A stretch of DNA of 64,000 nt from Candidatus Cloacimonadota bacterium (GCA_963667255.1 OY762940.1:1376001-1440000), one strand, 5' to 3'; numbered from the stretch's first letter, positions 37,534-50,520 are shown. The notes: a model not told the origin generated them from the letters alone. A program made the numbers and translations.

Positions 37534-39316
37534 AAGCGGTCGTCCTCGCTTTTTTGAGATTTTAGAATATTGGATACTTCCCAAGCAAGATAATCACTCA
37601 CCGTTTTTTTGAAATCTTGCAAAGTTGGTTTGGTGTCTATGGGAGCAGTTTTGTTCCAATCGGCACCATTTTGTGGGTCAATAGTGCTTTCGTGATACTC
37701 TTTTTCTGTGAAAATATTGAGTTTGTTTTTGCCAAACCGCACCAAATTTACCAACTCTTCATATCTTTCTTTGGCTTGGTTTGTATCTTTCAGGTTATTG
37801 CTGGATTTTTTGCGATTGGTTCTGGTGTAGCCATCGTTGGAAAAATCGATAAACTTCACTACTTCATCTTTGTTGTGAGCCTCGTTCACTCTAAAAACAT
37901 AAACATTGGTTTGTACACTGGATTTGCCAATAAACAAATCTATAGGCATTTTGATACTTGCCAAAAGTGTATGCTTTTGCAAAATCCTTTTGTTGTATTC
38001 TTTGGCTTTCCCACTACCTGCCGAATTTTGAATAATGATTGCTGCATAACCTTTGCTCATCATATTTAGAGCCTTTTCCACAAACACCATTCCGTTGCCA
38101 GGTGCTGAATAAGGAGGATTTAGCACAAAAGCGGTGGCGGGAAATTTATTGTTAGTGTTTCCAAATGCATATTTTCCGTCAAAATCGCTCAAAGAGTTTT
38201 TGTTCAAAATATTGGAACTGCCATCGCCCATCAATATCATATTAAGAACTGCCAACATATAAATACTGGAGAGCAACTCCAATCCAAGTAATTGTTCAGC
38301 TTTTATTTTCAACTCTTTTTGTCTTAATTCATCAGGTGAAGTGATAGTATTTTTGGCATCGTTGAGCATTTCGTTCATCGCAGCTACCAAAAGTCCTGCC
38401 GAGCCTGTGGCAAAATCCCAAACGAAAGAGTCTTTGTTCACTCTGGCAAGTTTTACCAAAAATGAAGCCACATAAGAGGGAGTAAGCACCACATCGTTGA
38501 GTTTGTCTTGAGTAAAGCCAAGCCAACCATACATTTCATTAAAAAGTTTTCCTGTGAAATCAGTAGTTAAGCCGATTTTATAATAAATTCCCAAATCATC
38601 AACAATTTTACTAAAAACTCTTTTTAACTGGCTTTCATCATTCTCAACTTTATTGATATTGTCCGTCAAAAGTGTGTTGGACAATGTTCTAATGATAAGG
38701 TCTTTTTTCTCTTTCGGTAAATCTTTTTCGTTTAGATAAGCACTAACTCTATTGATCATTATATCGCCATCTCGTCCTCCGACATAAGATTGCGACTTTA
38801 ACTCATCTTTTTCCAAAACAGGAACTTTATCAGGAATACCCAAAGTAGCGATAATAGAAGCTGCCACCAAATAAACTCTATCGTTTTCGCCCAAGCCTTT
38901 TTCACTTTGATAAATATCGTTATTGAGTTTTACCAAACTAACATCAATTTCTCTTTCTTTTTGCTCTTTGAGTTTATCAATTTCTTCTTGGCTTAAACTC
39001 AAAGTTTTGACATCTTCAACAAAAGCATCAAAATTTTCTTTTTTCAAAAAAGAAAAATCGGAAAACTCACCTACTTTTTGACCAATACCAAAATTAGTTT
39101 TGGAAACATAATATACTCCAATTTGATATTGCAATTCTCCCATTTCATCTTTGTAGCCCGTCATTCCTATGGCAATAATATCTGTGTATCCAGTATAATG
39201 AAGTATGGCATTTGCATAGTGCACAGCACCATTTACCGCATAAGAATTGATATTTGAAAAATTTGGCTTATTATCAGCTTTTTTATTTTCAACCTGCCCA
39301 TCAGCATTGAGTTTTA

Positions 39317-40427
39317 GGGAGTGTGCAAATAACTGGGTCTGAAATAAGACCTAATTATGTTTGACAGAATAAGTTATGAACATTTATTAAAATGCCATGA
39401 GTATAATCAAAAAAAACGCTGTCCAAATTGTGATAGCTTAAACACAAAAAAGAAGGGATATATTTTCTCTGAAAGAACAACTAATCGTGGGAAAATTAAA
39501 GTCAAAACTCAACGATTTTATTGTAAAGATTGCCAAATAAGTTTTACCAATTTTGGATATAATAAGAGAACTCATTTTGCACCAAAATTCAAAGATAAGG
39601 TTGTTACTGACTATATTTCAACCAAAAGTTCTCTTTCTGAAGTTGCTAAAAGACATGGGATTTGTAAAAATAGTATTCTTAATTGGATACCTCAGCGAGC
39701 TAATTTATATCAGGATAATGTGTTACACAGCAATATAGATGAGACAACAATTTATATTGATGGCAAGGAAATTAAGATAAACGGTAAGCGAAAAGTTGTC
39801 TTAGTCGCCAGTAGCAAACTACTTGATAAACCAATATATTACAAGATTTATGATAGAGAACATAGTAGTTCATCTGAAGACTTTTTGAATAGACTAAAAA
39901 AAATGTATGACAACAAAATAATTGGGATTGTGTCAGATTTTGGGCGAGGGAAGTGCTTTGTTAAGCCAGTTAACCAACTTTTTGAAGATGTTCCACATCA
40001 AATTTGCTTGGTTCATTATTTAAGAAGCGTTAATATCAATGTTCCTAAAACAAAAAAGAGTAAGTTTTTTAGACGAAATATTTTCTTTAAGAACTTGATT
40101 AAGAGCATTTTAAATGCTGAAACTTTACAAGAAGCTGAAAATAATTTAAGTTCGCTTAATCACTATGAAAAATTTTTTCGCCTAAAAATTCATAAGCGTT
40201 TTATTAAATCAATTAATCGAAACTTTGGTTTATTAACTGCTCATTTTCATTACGATTTTTTGGATAAAACAACAAATAAAATTGAAAATATTAATCGACA
40301 ATTGAATAGGAAATTAAAAAATTTAGACGGATTTAAATCTGAAAAAAATATGAATCATTTTTTGAAAATTTGGTTCAATAATTATTCAAAAGGAGTGGAA
40401 ATTAGACCCAATTAAATGCACGCTCCC
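39317..40427 (+). mobile_element. IS256-like insertion sequence, 1111 bp
   Basis: 24-bp imperfect IRs (39317-39340, 40404-40427; 20/24 match) and 8-bp target duplication GAGTTTTA (39309-39316, 40428-40435). Confidence 0.93.
39357..40415 (+). CDS. DDE transposase (Mutator/IS256-like) with N-terminal Zn finger and HTH
   Basis: CPNC...CKDC, IDG, VSD, CLVH, TTNKIE motifs. Confidence 0.9.
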   Translation: MFDRISYEHLLKCHEYNQKKRCPNCDSLNTKKKGYIFSERTTNRGKIKVKTQRFYCKDCQISFTNFGYNKRTHFAPKFKDKVVTDYISTKSSLSEVAKRHGICKNSILNWIPQRANLYQDNVLHSNIDETTIYIDGKEIKINGKRKVVLVASSKLLDKPIYYKIYDREHSSSSEDFLNRLKKMYDNKIIGIVSDFGRGKCFVKPVNQLFEDVPHQICLVHYLRSVNINVPKTKKSKFFRRNIFFKNLIKSILNAETLQEAENNLSSLNHYEKFFRLKIHKRFIKSINRNFGLLTAHFHYDFLDKTTNKIENINRQLNRKLKNLDGFKSEKNMNHFLKIWFNNYSKGVEIRPN

Positions 40428-40765
40428 GAGTTTTACAAGTTTATCTTTATAACCTTTGTATTCAATAAGAATAGAATAAGACTTGGAATTTTTATCTTTC
40501 AAAAGTAATTTTGCATCAGGACGATTTGCTCCGCTTCCACCATTTTTAGTAAAATAATCAGTAAGAGCTTTATCAATTTCAGAGTTTAAAGATTCTTGCT
40601 CTAATTTATAATCTAATTTGTAGGATTTAAGCCAACCATTCGCTAAGTCAGCAATATTTGGTTCTATTGATTTTGCCATATTACTCCCTCTTATTTATCC
40701 AATTTTTTTAACATTTTAAAACGATATTTCTATAAATAAAATTATTCCCAAAAATCTTCCTCAAC

Positions 40766-42718
<1,953 letters not shown>

Positions 42719-42722
42719 CTAA

Positions 42723-43733
42723 TCATAAACCGGAATCAAAATAGGTGTTCAATTTAGTCTGAATTTCTGTGCCGAGATACTCTCTTATCTTGTAATACGA
42801 AACTTGCTTTGCCCTCTCATAGCTGAGTGCACCGTCTCTGCTGACCTTGTCTATAGAAAATATCGTATTGCCGTTATCCGTGCGATTTATTTTAAGATTG
42901 ATTTCCCATTTGTAAAATTTGGTGGTTTTGCTCAAATCCACCTTCTCGAAACTCACTTTCCCTTTTACAGCAAGAAAAGGCTTAGCCGAACCGTTAAATC
43001 CCAAATTGGAGAAAATAGTCTCAGTGATTCCCTTGACCATATCGTTATTATCGCCTTCTATCTCAACACCATAAGTGATACTATTGCCTATCTCTCTGAC
43101 TTTGGCGGACATCTCGGCATACGAATGAATAACTACGCTGGTTTCCGCATCTTTCGGACTAATAATTCGCAATTGGTCAATCAAATCTCTATTCAACAAA
43201 GCAAAAGCCGCAGCACCTTTGTAATACCCAAATTTCAAAATTTTGTCTTCACTTTCCTCGGCTTTATCCAAAAAATATTCCAAATTATCTTCGTTAGCAG
43301 AAATTTTTTCTTCGTAAATCTTAGCAGTTTCGTGGCGGTCTATATACGCCAAAGTGTGAGTCACACCCTTGTCATCGACATATTTTTTCCCAAATTTGAT
43401 ATTTATAAGAGACTGAACGGAAGAAACTTGCACTGACTTTTCGCTTTTCGTGTCTTCAGTTTCTATCACTCCCTCAGCTTTTAATATTTCCGTATATTTC
43501 TGCACAGTGCTGCTACTGGTGGAGATATTAGAGCCGAATATCTGTGCCAAATTCCCATTGGCTACTCTTTTGGCATCTTCGTAAGTGTCTCCGCTACCGA
43601 GAGCCGACAGATATTTATCTTGCGAATAAACCTGATTTTTGTCCGCCATCCACAATGGTGGATTGTTGCTTGATGCTGCACAGCCTGCCAAATATAATAA
43701 AAACATCCCCAAAATAATTTTTAAACATTTCAT
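42723..43733 (-). CDS. LPP20-family lipoprotein
   Basis: Lipobox LAGC; PLW...YLSALGSG...A...A...LA pattern. Confidence 0.7.
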   Translation of the reverse strand: MKCLKIILGMFLLYLAGCAASSNNPPLWMADKNQVYSQDKYLSALGSGDTYEDAKRVANGNLAQIFGSNISTSSSTVQKYTEILKAEGVIETEDTKSEKSVQVSSVQSLINIKFGKKYVDDKGVTHTLAYIDRHETAKIYEEKISANEDNLEYFLDKAEESEDKILKFGYYKGAAAFALLNRDLIDQLRIISPKDAETSVVIHSYAEMSAKVREIGNSITYGVEIEGDNNDMVKGITETIFSNLGFNGSAKPFLAVKGKVSFEKVDLSKTTKFYKWEINLKINRTDNGNTIFSIDKVSRDGALSYERAKQVSYYKIREYLGTEIQTKLNTYFDSGL

Positions 43734-43749
43734 AACTGAGAATCTCCTT

Positions 43750-45147
43750 TTATTCTAAACAATAAGATTGATAAAAGTTGGTCAAATCAAAACCAACTCG
43801 CTTTTTGCCCAAATCGTCCTGTTTGAGCAAATTATTATTTCTGTCATAATAATTGACCACCAAATCGTAAACACCCGGCTCAAGATAAATCTCGGAAATA
43901 TACCCCTTGGACGGCAAATATCTCGCCGCTCTCAAATCCGCATTTTCCGTAGCGTTCAGTCCGGCATCCAGTGCAAGTCCGCCCAAGAAAACAAGAATGT
44001 TGTCATTTCCCAGTTTTTCTTTAGCTTTTCTCTTCGCCAACTCTCCGGCAATTCCTTTGACAACGGCTCTTGTTATCGTCTTGATAACCAACCTCTTGTA
44101 GCCGAGTTCAAATACGGACTGCACCACTTTGTCAAAATCTTCCATCAATTGCAAATCTTGCCTGGCAATAACTCCGACAGAGTCCATAACCAACACCTCG
44201 ACTCTGTTCACATTGGACGATCTTGACTGCAAAATCGGCAATTGAAATTTGAAATTGTAACCACCTTGCAAACCAGGCCAAAAGAAATGTTCCAAATTGT
44301 TGAGGTTGGTGCTTCCTCCGGAGTTCGTCTGAGAAGTGCCGTAAAAAGCAATATTGGGCTGAGTGTGCACATACAAACTCTTTGCCACTTTTATCGGTCC
44401 CAAGCCGGCAAAACTCACCAAACTGAGAGCAACCTTGTCCTTCGGGGCGGTATAAGGTTGTTGCAAACTCGGAGCGTTAAAATCATAAATAGAGGTCTGC
44501 ACGGCAAACGCTTTCTCTATCTTGTCGTAATCGATATTCGCATCGTCCAGCTTGCCCAAAGACTCGTAAAGCTTCATACTGACAAATCTACCCAAAGCGT
44601 CGTTATAAAACTTATTGGTCGGAGAGTCTATCTTAACCTTGCTGTCTTTGCTCTTGTTGAAGGCGTTGTCCAACTTCCTGTTCTTCGCTTCCAAAACAGA
44701 CAATTTGTGATTGAGTCGGTTAATTTCGATAAAAGCATCGTCCACCATTCCCAATTTCAGATAATTAAAAGCCTTAATCAGATTGATGTAAATATCCTCG
44801 TAATCCTCTCCGCTATACTCAAGTGCGTTGTCGTTGAGCATATAGGATAGAGCAGCTTTGGAGACACTCTTGGTGTATAGTTCATCAATAGACCTTTCCG
44901 CTTTTTCCAAGGCTTCATTGCTCTCGGCATACTTTCCTGCGTAATGGTAAACCATCCCCAAATCCAAATAATAGAGAACCTTTTCTTTCTCATCATATCC
45001 GTCTCTGCTCTGGATATTTCTTATCGCCACATCATAGTTGCCAGACATCACACCCTTGTCCACGGGAGTATAATGCGAAAGATTGGTTGCAGCAGAACCG
45101 CAACCAATCAAAAAAATAAAACTAAAATAAATTAAAAATCTTACCAT
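43750..45147 (-). CDS. TPR-containing lipoprotein (COG3014-like)
   Basis: Lipobox LIGC; YSGEDYE, ADLR...LP motifs; adjacent to lpoB. Confidence 0.7.
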   Translation of the reverse strand: MVRFLIYFSFIFLIGCGSAATNLSHYTPVDKGVMSGNYDVAIRNIQSRDGYDEKEKVLYYLDLGMVYHYAGKYAESNEALEKAERSIDELYTKSVSKAALSYMLNDNALEYSGEDYEDIYINLIKAFNYLKLGMVDDAFIEINRLNHKLSVLEAKNRKLDNAFNKSKDSKVKIDSPTNKFYNDALGRFVSMKLYESLGKLDDANIDYDKIEKAFAVQTSIYDFNAPSLQQPYTAPKDKVALSLVSFAGLGPIKVAKSLYVHTQPNIAFYGTSQTNSGGSTNLNNLEHFFWPGLQGGYNFKFQLPILQSRSSNVNRVEVLVMDSVGVIARQDLQLMEDFDKVVQSVFELGYKRLVIKTITRAVVKGIAGELAKRKAKEKLGNDNILVFLGGLALDAGLNATENADLRAARYLPSKGYISEIYLEPGVYDLVVNYYDRNNNLLKQDDLGKKRVGFDLTNFYQSYCLE

Positions 45148-45740
45148 TTATGAGAATTTTTGCCGATAAGTTTTTTGATTTTTTTGTCTCCGACCCAAGC
45201 AATCTCATTTGTTTCCACATTAATAAGTTGCAAATCTATTTGGTAAAATTTAGCTTCTTTGCCTTCATACTCGTCCAAAATAACGCTGATATCTCCGGTT
45301 AACATAAAATCTGCACCCGTTTCGGCAGCAAGTCTTTTGGCGGTCTCCATAGATGCATGCTCTTGTTGTTGCATCCTCTCGTCTCTCACCTGACCACGCT
45401 CGGAAGAGCTTGCCACAAATTTAACCTTACCAGAATTAATCAAAGATTTTTGAATATCCTTAACAAAGGTCATGGTGTTGATATGCTCGGTAGAATTTTT
45501 CAAGCCAACCACTCCAACGATTACCACAGGCTTGTTTCCGCTATTTGCAGATTTGTATTCCTCAAGCCATGGAGCAGACAAACTTTGCTCGACCATAGAT
45601 TCGGCAGTAAGTTTGGAATCGGTATCATTCCAATAACCGCTCAAATCGGTTTGCTTATCCGCAGAAACTCTGGAAACCTCACGAGAAGCACAACCAAACA
45701 TCAAAATCAAACCCAAAATTAAAATATAACTTTTCTTCAT
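45141..45740 (-). CDS. lpoB: Penicillin-binding protein activator LpoB-family lipoprotein
   Basis: Lipobox MFGC; DLSGYWNDTD, N.TEHI, GADFMLTG. Confidence 0.8.
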   Translation of the reverse strand: MKKSYILILGLILMFGCASREVSRVSADKQTDLSGYWNDTDSKLTAESMVEQSLSAPWLEEYKSANSGNKPVVIVGVVGLKNSTEHINTMTFVKDIQKSLINSGKVKFVASSSERGQVRDERMQQQEHASMETAKRLAAETGADFMLTGDISVILDEYEGKEAKFYQIDLQLINVETNEIAWVGDKKIKKLIGKNSHKW

Positions 45741-45831
45741 TTTTTCTCTCCTTAAATAATTACAATCGTCACTTTGCACATTTATTTTACCAAGATATAT
45801 GTCAATTTTTTTTCATCAACAAAATTTTGCC

Positions 45832-46881
45832 TTATTCATAGATAATAAACTCCGATAATATCTCATCCGACACAAAATACGCTTCAGTCTTGAGCGACAC
45901 TCGCTCCCTTGAAATCGAAAAAAACTCTCTATATTTTTCTAAAATGCCAGAATACTTTTCCCCAAAATCAGCACAAAATTTTTCTCCGAAAACTTTTGTG
46001 TCCAGTCCCTCTGTCAGTCTCAAATTCAAAAAAATAAATTCCGCCTCTTCTTTCTCCGTAGTTATCTCTTCGTCCCCACCAAATCCATCTGTTCGTATCA
46101 GCTTACCATTCTTGCGATAACAACTGCACGCTCCGTATCCGATTCCCAAATAAGATTTTCCGTGCCAATAAGCGAGATTGTGTTGAGATTCGTGCTCGGG
46201 TAAACAAAAGTTCGACAGCTCATAATGCTGGTATCCTGTTTTCAGGAGAGTTTCTCGGATTTCCAGATAAAAATTTTCCAACTCCTCATCACAGGGAATA
46301 AAATTTTTTTGAGTATAAAGAGGAACATTTTTGTCCAACGAAAGCAAATAGGTAGAAATATGCTCCGGTCTCAACTCCACCATTTTGCTTAGAGAAATAA
46401 GCAAATCGTCCAATTTTTGATTTGGCAATCCATAAATTAAATCACAGGAAATATTATCGAAACCAGCTTCTCGGAGGAAAGCAAAAGATTGGAAATTTTG
46501 CTCCAAAGTCGCTCTGCGACCCAACAGCTTCAATTCACTTTCCAAAAAAGATTGTATCCCCAAGCTAACACGATTGAAACCGATTTCTCTCAACTCTTTC
46601 GCATAGTTGAGGCTTACATCAGCGGGGTTGCACTCGATTGTCAACTCCAAGACATTACTCAAGTCCAACAAATCCAATATCTTGGATAACTGAGCAGAAC
46701 TCAATAGCGAAGGAGTTCCTCCTCCGAAGTAAACAGTTTTTGGAGAAAAATCGGGAAATTGTGACAATTCCCTTTTCGCTAATTCGAGATATTGCTCAAA
46801 ATCAAAATCTTGCTTTGAATAAAAGCTACAATAGTTACACTTCTTCAGACACCACGGAATGTGAAAATACAGATGTTCCAA
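45832..46881 (-). CDS. hemW: Radical SAM heme chaperone HemW / HemN-like
   Basis: YFHIPWCLKKCNYCSF, GGGTPS, YELSNF, HNLAYW. Confidence 0.88.
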   Translation of the reverse strand: MEHLYFHIPWCLKKCNYCSFYSKQDFDFEQYLELAKRELSQFPDFSPKTVYFGGGTPSLLSSAQLSKILDLLDLSNVLELTIECNPADVSLNYAKELREIGFNRVSLGIQSFLESELKLLGRRATLEQNFQSFAFLREAGFDNISCDLIYGLPNQKLDDLLISLSKMVELRPEHISTYLLSLDKNVPLYTQKNFIPCDEELENFYLEIRETLLKTGYQHYELSNFCLPEHESQHNLAYWHGKSYLGIGYGACSCYRKNGKLIRTDGFGGDEEITTEKEEAEFIFLNLRLTEGLDTKVFGEKFCADFGEKYSGILEKYREFFSISRERVSLKTEAYFVSDEILSEFIIYE

Positions 46882-46883
46882 CT

Positions 46884-47261
46884 TCAGACAAACTTCAACC
46901 CCAATTGAAGTCCCAACCAGATGGCTACTATCCCCAAAACAAAATGCAAAGCTAAATAAAGCAATCCGGCGAAAAAATCGCCCTTTTCCAAGAGAGCGAA
47001 CGCCTCAAACATATAACTGGAATAAGTGGACAATCCGCCCAGAAACCCCACAAAAACAAATCTTCTCAAATTTTCCGAGAACCATCCGCAGTTCTCCGCC
47101 ATAGGGAAAAGCAAGCCGAAGAAAAAGCATGCCAAAACATTGGTAACCATAGTCGGATATGGCACTCTGGCTTGCTCAAACAGCCCCGTGAGAAACTCTC
47201 CGTTCAAGAAGCGAAAACACGCCCCGACAAATCCACCCAACCCTATATAGAGCAGGCTCAT
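46884..47261 (-). CDS. crcB: Fluoride channel Fluc/CrcB
   Basis: GGFVGACFR, GFLGGLSTYSSY. Confidence 0.88.
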   Translation of the reverse strand: MSLLYIGLGGFVGACFRFLNGEFLTGLFEQARVPYPTMVTNVLACFFFGLLFPMAENCGWFSENLRRFVFVGFLGGLSTYSSYMFEAFALLEKGDFFAGLLYLALHFVLGIVAIWLGLQLGLKFV

Positions 47262-48253
47262 CTGACTATAAATCCCATAGCTCGTCGCAATTTATCCAAA
47301 TTATTTTGAGCAATAGGTTTTACCTTTTCCGCACCTGCAAACAAAATCCTGTCCAATTTGTCTCTGTCGTCCACGATTTGATTATAAATCTCTCTTTTAT
47401 CAGCTACCTCTTTATCGATAGCTTCAAACAATATCTGCTTGGCATCGCCCCAACCCATGCCACCTGCTCTGTATAAGTCCGCCAACTTCTTTTGCTCTTC
47501 CTCTGTCGAGAAACATTTATACAAAGCGAAAACATTGCATGTATCAGGGTCTTTCGGCTCTTCTACGGCTTGAGAATTGGTTTTGATTTTCATTATCATT
47601 TTCCGCAAATCTTTGCTTGATAAAAATAGCGGAATGGTATTGCCGTAAGATTTACTCATCTTCCGTCCGTCCAAACCGACAACCTGCTTATCCTTCGTAA
47701 ACTCGCCTTTCGGAACAACAAGCAACTCCTCTCCATAAGTATGATTGATAACTCTGGCAGCCTCTGCACACATCTCCACATGCTGTTTTTGGTCTTTGCC
47801 TACGGGAACAATATGAGGATTGAAAAGCAAAATATCCGCTGCCATCAAAACGGGATAAGTGAACAGCCCCATATTAATATCATCGTCGGCAGGCTTGCCC
47901 GCTTCCAGATTATTAGCGACTTTATCCTTATAAGAATGAGCCCTATTCAACAAACCTTTGGGCATAAAAGCTCCCAAAATAGTCGCAAGTTCAAAGACCT
48001 GAGGCACATCGGATTGACGATAAAAATGTATTTTCTCGGGGTCCAATCCACACGCAAGCCAAGTCGCAGCGATTTTGTAAGTGCTGTCCTTCCGCACTTC
48101 CGGATCTTTTATCGTATTCAGCGAGTGATAATCCGCCATAAAATAGTAAGACTCAAACTTTTTAGAATGCTCCAAAGCCGGTTTGATGGCTCCCAAATAG
48201 TTCCCCAAATGAGGAATCCCGCTGGTTTGTATCCCCGTTAATGACCTTTTCAT
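47258..48253 (-). CDS. trpS: Tryptophan--tRNA ligase
   Basis: HLGN, YPVLMAADIL, VPVGKDQ, KMSKS. Confidence 0.96.
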   Translation of the reverse strand: MKRSLTGIQTSGIPHLGNYLGAIKPALEHSKKFESYYFMADYHSLNTIKDPEVRKDSTYKIAATWLACGLDPEKIHFYRQSDVPQVFELATILGAFMPKGLLNRAHSYKDKVANNLEAGKPADDDINMGLFTYPVLMAADILLFNPHIVPVGKDQKQHVEMCAEAARVINHTYGEELLVVPKGEFTKDKQVVGLDGRKMSKSYGNTIPLFLSSKDLRKMIMKIKTNSQAVEEPKDPDTCNVFALYKCFSTEEEQKKLADLYRAGGMGWGDAKQILFEAIDKEVADKREIYNQIVDDRDKLDRILFAGAEKVKPIAQNNLDKLRRAMGFIVR

Positions 48254-48298
48254 AAAAACCCCTAATCTCAATTTATCTAAATTATTTTTTATTCTAAC

Positions 48299-49534
48299 TC
48301 AATAAGAACTCAGTATGTTATCCAAAAAACTATCTCGCTTGGCTTCCACCTCTTCGTATGGAGCGTTGTCCACGAATGAAAACAAAAACAAACGATTTTC
48401 ACCATTCATATACAATCCCGACAACGCACTAACATTATACAGCGACCCGCTCTTCGCCTTAACCTTCATTCCATTACCAAAACTTTTTAGCGTTCCCTCT
48501 TTGCCCAAATCCGGCAAACCCGCAAAAAAATCCAATCGCAAAAAAGGCTTACTCCAAGCATATTTCAACAAATTCAAAATCGTTTTTGCTGACAAGTAAT
48601 TTTTGCCAAGCCCGCTACAACTCTCCAGTTGCACCTCTTCTCCCAAATTTTCCTCGATAAAATCTTGGATAACCCTATTACCCATCTTGGAATTTTAGTA
48701 TTTCAGCTTGCCCAAGTAACAGCCGATGGACTCGGCAATAAAGTTGGAAGAATACACATTCATCAGTCGCAAAACCTCTTTCAGAGGCATGGAACGATGC
48801 ACAAAAACTTTCCCCTTAGCAAAGATTTTGTCGTCCAAATTTCGCCGTAACAATTTCGGCATTTCCTGCAAATCCAAATAATAATACATCATATAAAAAA
48901 AATGGCTCGTCGGATTGTAAACCCTCTTGTAAACCGTTTTCCTAAACCTCGAAGTAAAATTTGCCTCTATCAAAAGCCTATCTTTATAAGGCTTCGTTCC
49001 AATTAACCCCGACTCCATTTTGTCGTTGTTTCTGAGCAAAAAATATTCCCCGGGAGTTTTCACTTTGAGCTGACCGTTCACAAAATCCAATTGATAGGTG
49101 TTGTAATTCAGAGCCAAAGCACTCATAGGTGCATAATACGCCCTATCGCTCACAGCTCGTGGCAAATCTTCATACCCATTGGGGAAATAGAGCATGTCAT
49201 CAATTACCACAAATTTGATATTCCCAGCACCCAAATCTTTCAATTTCAAACAAATGATGTAGAGCTTCTCCATCACTAGAGTCGGGTCTCCGCCTGCTTT
49301 CACAAAAAGAGTGTCTCCATCAATTTTAAACTGTGTGGCAAACTTGAAATCGGAGCCCAATTCCTGCAAAGCAACCACGGAAGTAAACAGTTTCAAATTT
49401 GAAGCGATGTTTAATTCCGCATTCTGCCCTTGCTCTGCCACAACCGAGTCGGCAAGAATATCATAAACGATGTAACCGGATTTTGCAAACAAGCAGGAAC
49501 AGAAAAAAATCAGAACAAAAACAACTTTCTTCAC
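48299..49534 (-). pseudogene. dacB: D-Ala-D-Ala carboxypeptidase/endopeptidase (PBP4, S13) split by one in-frame TAA
   Basis: SNLK (SxxK) and SSN before, KSG after TAA 48695-48697; the two ORFs are in the same frame, 9 nt apart. Confidence 0.75.
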
Positions 49535-50520
49535 ACTAAGCCCTGCACGGCTTCAAAATCAAATTTGTATTCTATCCGCAAACTAACCAACTTTCTTTTT
49601 AGCTCTTCACAATCTTCCAATTTCATCAAATCTTTGTCCGTTACTATAATATAATCCGCATTTTTCAAATATTTCCACGGCAATTTTTTCAAATTATTAT
49701 GGTCGGGAAATCTAAAATTTCTCTCCAATTCTATCCCAAAATTTTCCACACTCCTCTCAAAAGAGTTGGGATCAGCTATGGCAGACAAAGAACAGCAAAC
49801 CGAATTTTTTAATCTCTCGACTGCAACCTCTTGTCCTTCAACATCAAAAAATCCTCTCGCCTCTATCTTACCCTTTCTCAACTGTTTACCATACCGAGTA
49901 GCCAAACTCTCCACCTGCTCATTATCCCCATCAAGCACTATGCAATCAGCATCCTCAAGAGCTGGAGAATTTTCTCGCAAATATCCTGCTGGCAAACACC
50001 AACCGTTGCCCAAACCGACTTTAGATTTGAACAACACAAAATCGAAATCGTGAGCAACTTTGAAATTTTGGAAAGAGTCCTCCAAAATAATAAAATCCAA
50101 GTCAGAATAAATTTGCAAAAGCGACTTCACAGCCAACAATCTGTCTTTTCCCACGATGACGGGTATGCTTGGCAACCGTTTCGCCAATAGTTTCGGCTCG
50201 TCTCCCGCACTAAAGCTCTGAGATAATAACTTACGCCTGTCACTGATGAGCGTAATGGTATTTTCCAACTCACTCTTGTAGCCACGCACAGAAATCGCTA
50301 TTTTATACCCTTTTGACTGAAGAAATTTTGCCAAAGAAATATCGAAAGGAGTCTTGCCTGACCCACCACAAACTATGTTCCCCACTCCGATTATTTTCAC
50401 ATTTTTAGGCTTCCAAGGAGAAGATTTTTTCCTTCGCCTGTCTGCCACAAATCCAAACACCAAAGATATTGGAAACAAAATATAAGAAACGAAAGATTTT
50501 TTGAGAAGCCAACTATACAT
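49531..50520 (-). CDS. lpxK: Tetraacyldisaccharide 4'-kinase
   Basis: VGNIVCGGSGKTP, RGY, GDEP, LPAGYLRE, FPDH. Confidence 0.92.
   Translation of the reverse strand: MYSWLLKKSFVSYILFPISLVFGFVADRRRKKSSPWKPKNVKIIGVGNIVCGGSGKTPFDISLAKFLQSKGYKIAISVRGYKSELENTITLISDRRKLLSQSFSAGDEPKLLAKRLPSIPVIVGKDRLLAVKSLLQIYSDLDFIILEDSFQNFKVAHDFDFVLFKSKVGLGNGWCLPAGYLRENSPALEDADCIVLDGDNEQVESLATRYGKQLRKGKIEARGFFDVEGQEVAVERLKNSVCCSLSAIADPNSFERSVENFGIELERNFRFPDHNNLKKLPWKYLKNADYIIVTDKDLMKLEDCEELKRKLVSLRIEYKFDFEAVQGLV

Larger units (their letters stand above)
37524..40679 (-). pseudogene. BcgI-like (Type IIB/IIG) endonuclease-N6-methyltransferase subunit interrupted by IS
   Basis: N-part with RPD...IEYK nuclease motif (40679-40428) rejoins in frame with C-part (39308-37524; DFATGSAG, NPPY) on removing the IS and one target copy, giving about 678 aa. 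Confidence 0.88.

Noticed and set aside
48695..48697. Stop-codon reassignment
   Set aside because: TAA, TAG and TGA all terminate other well-conserved genes in the window normally.
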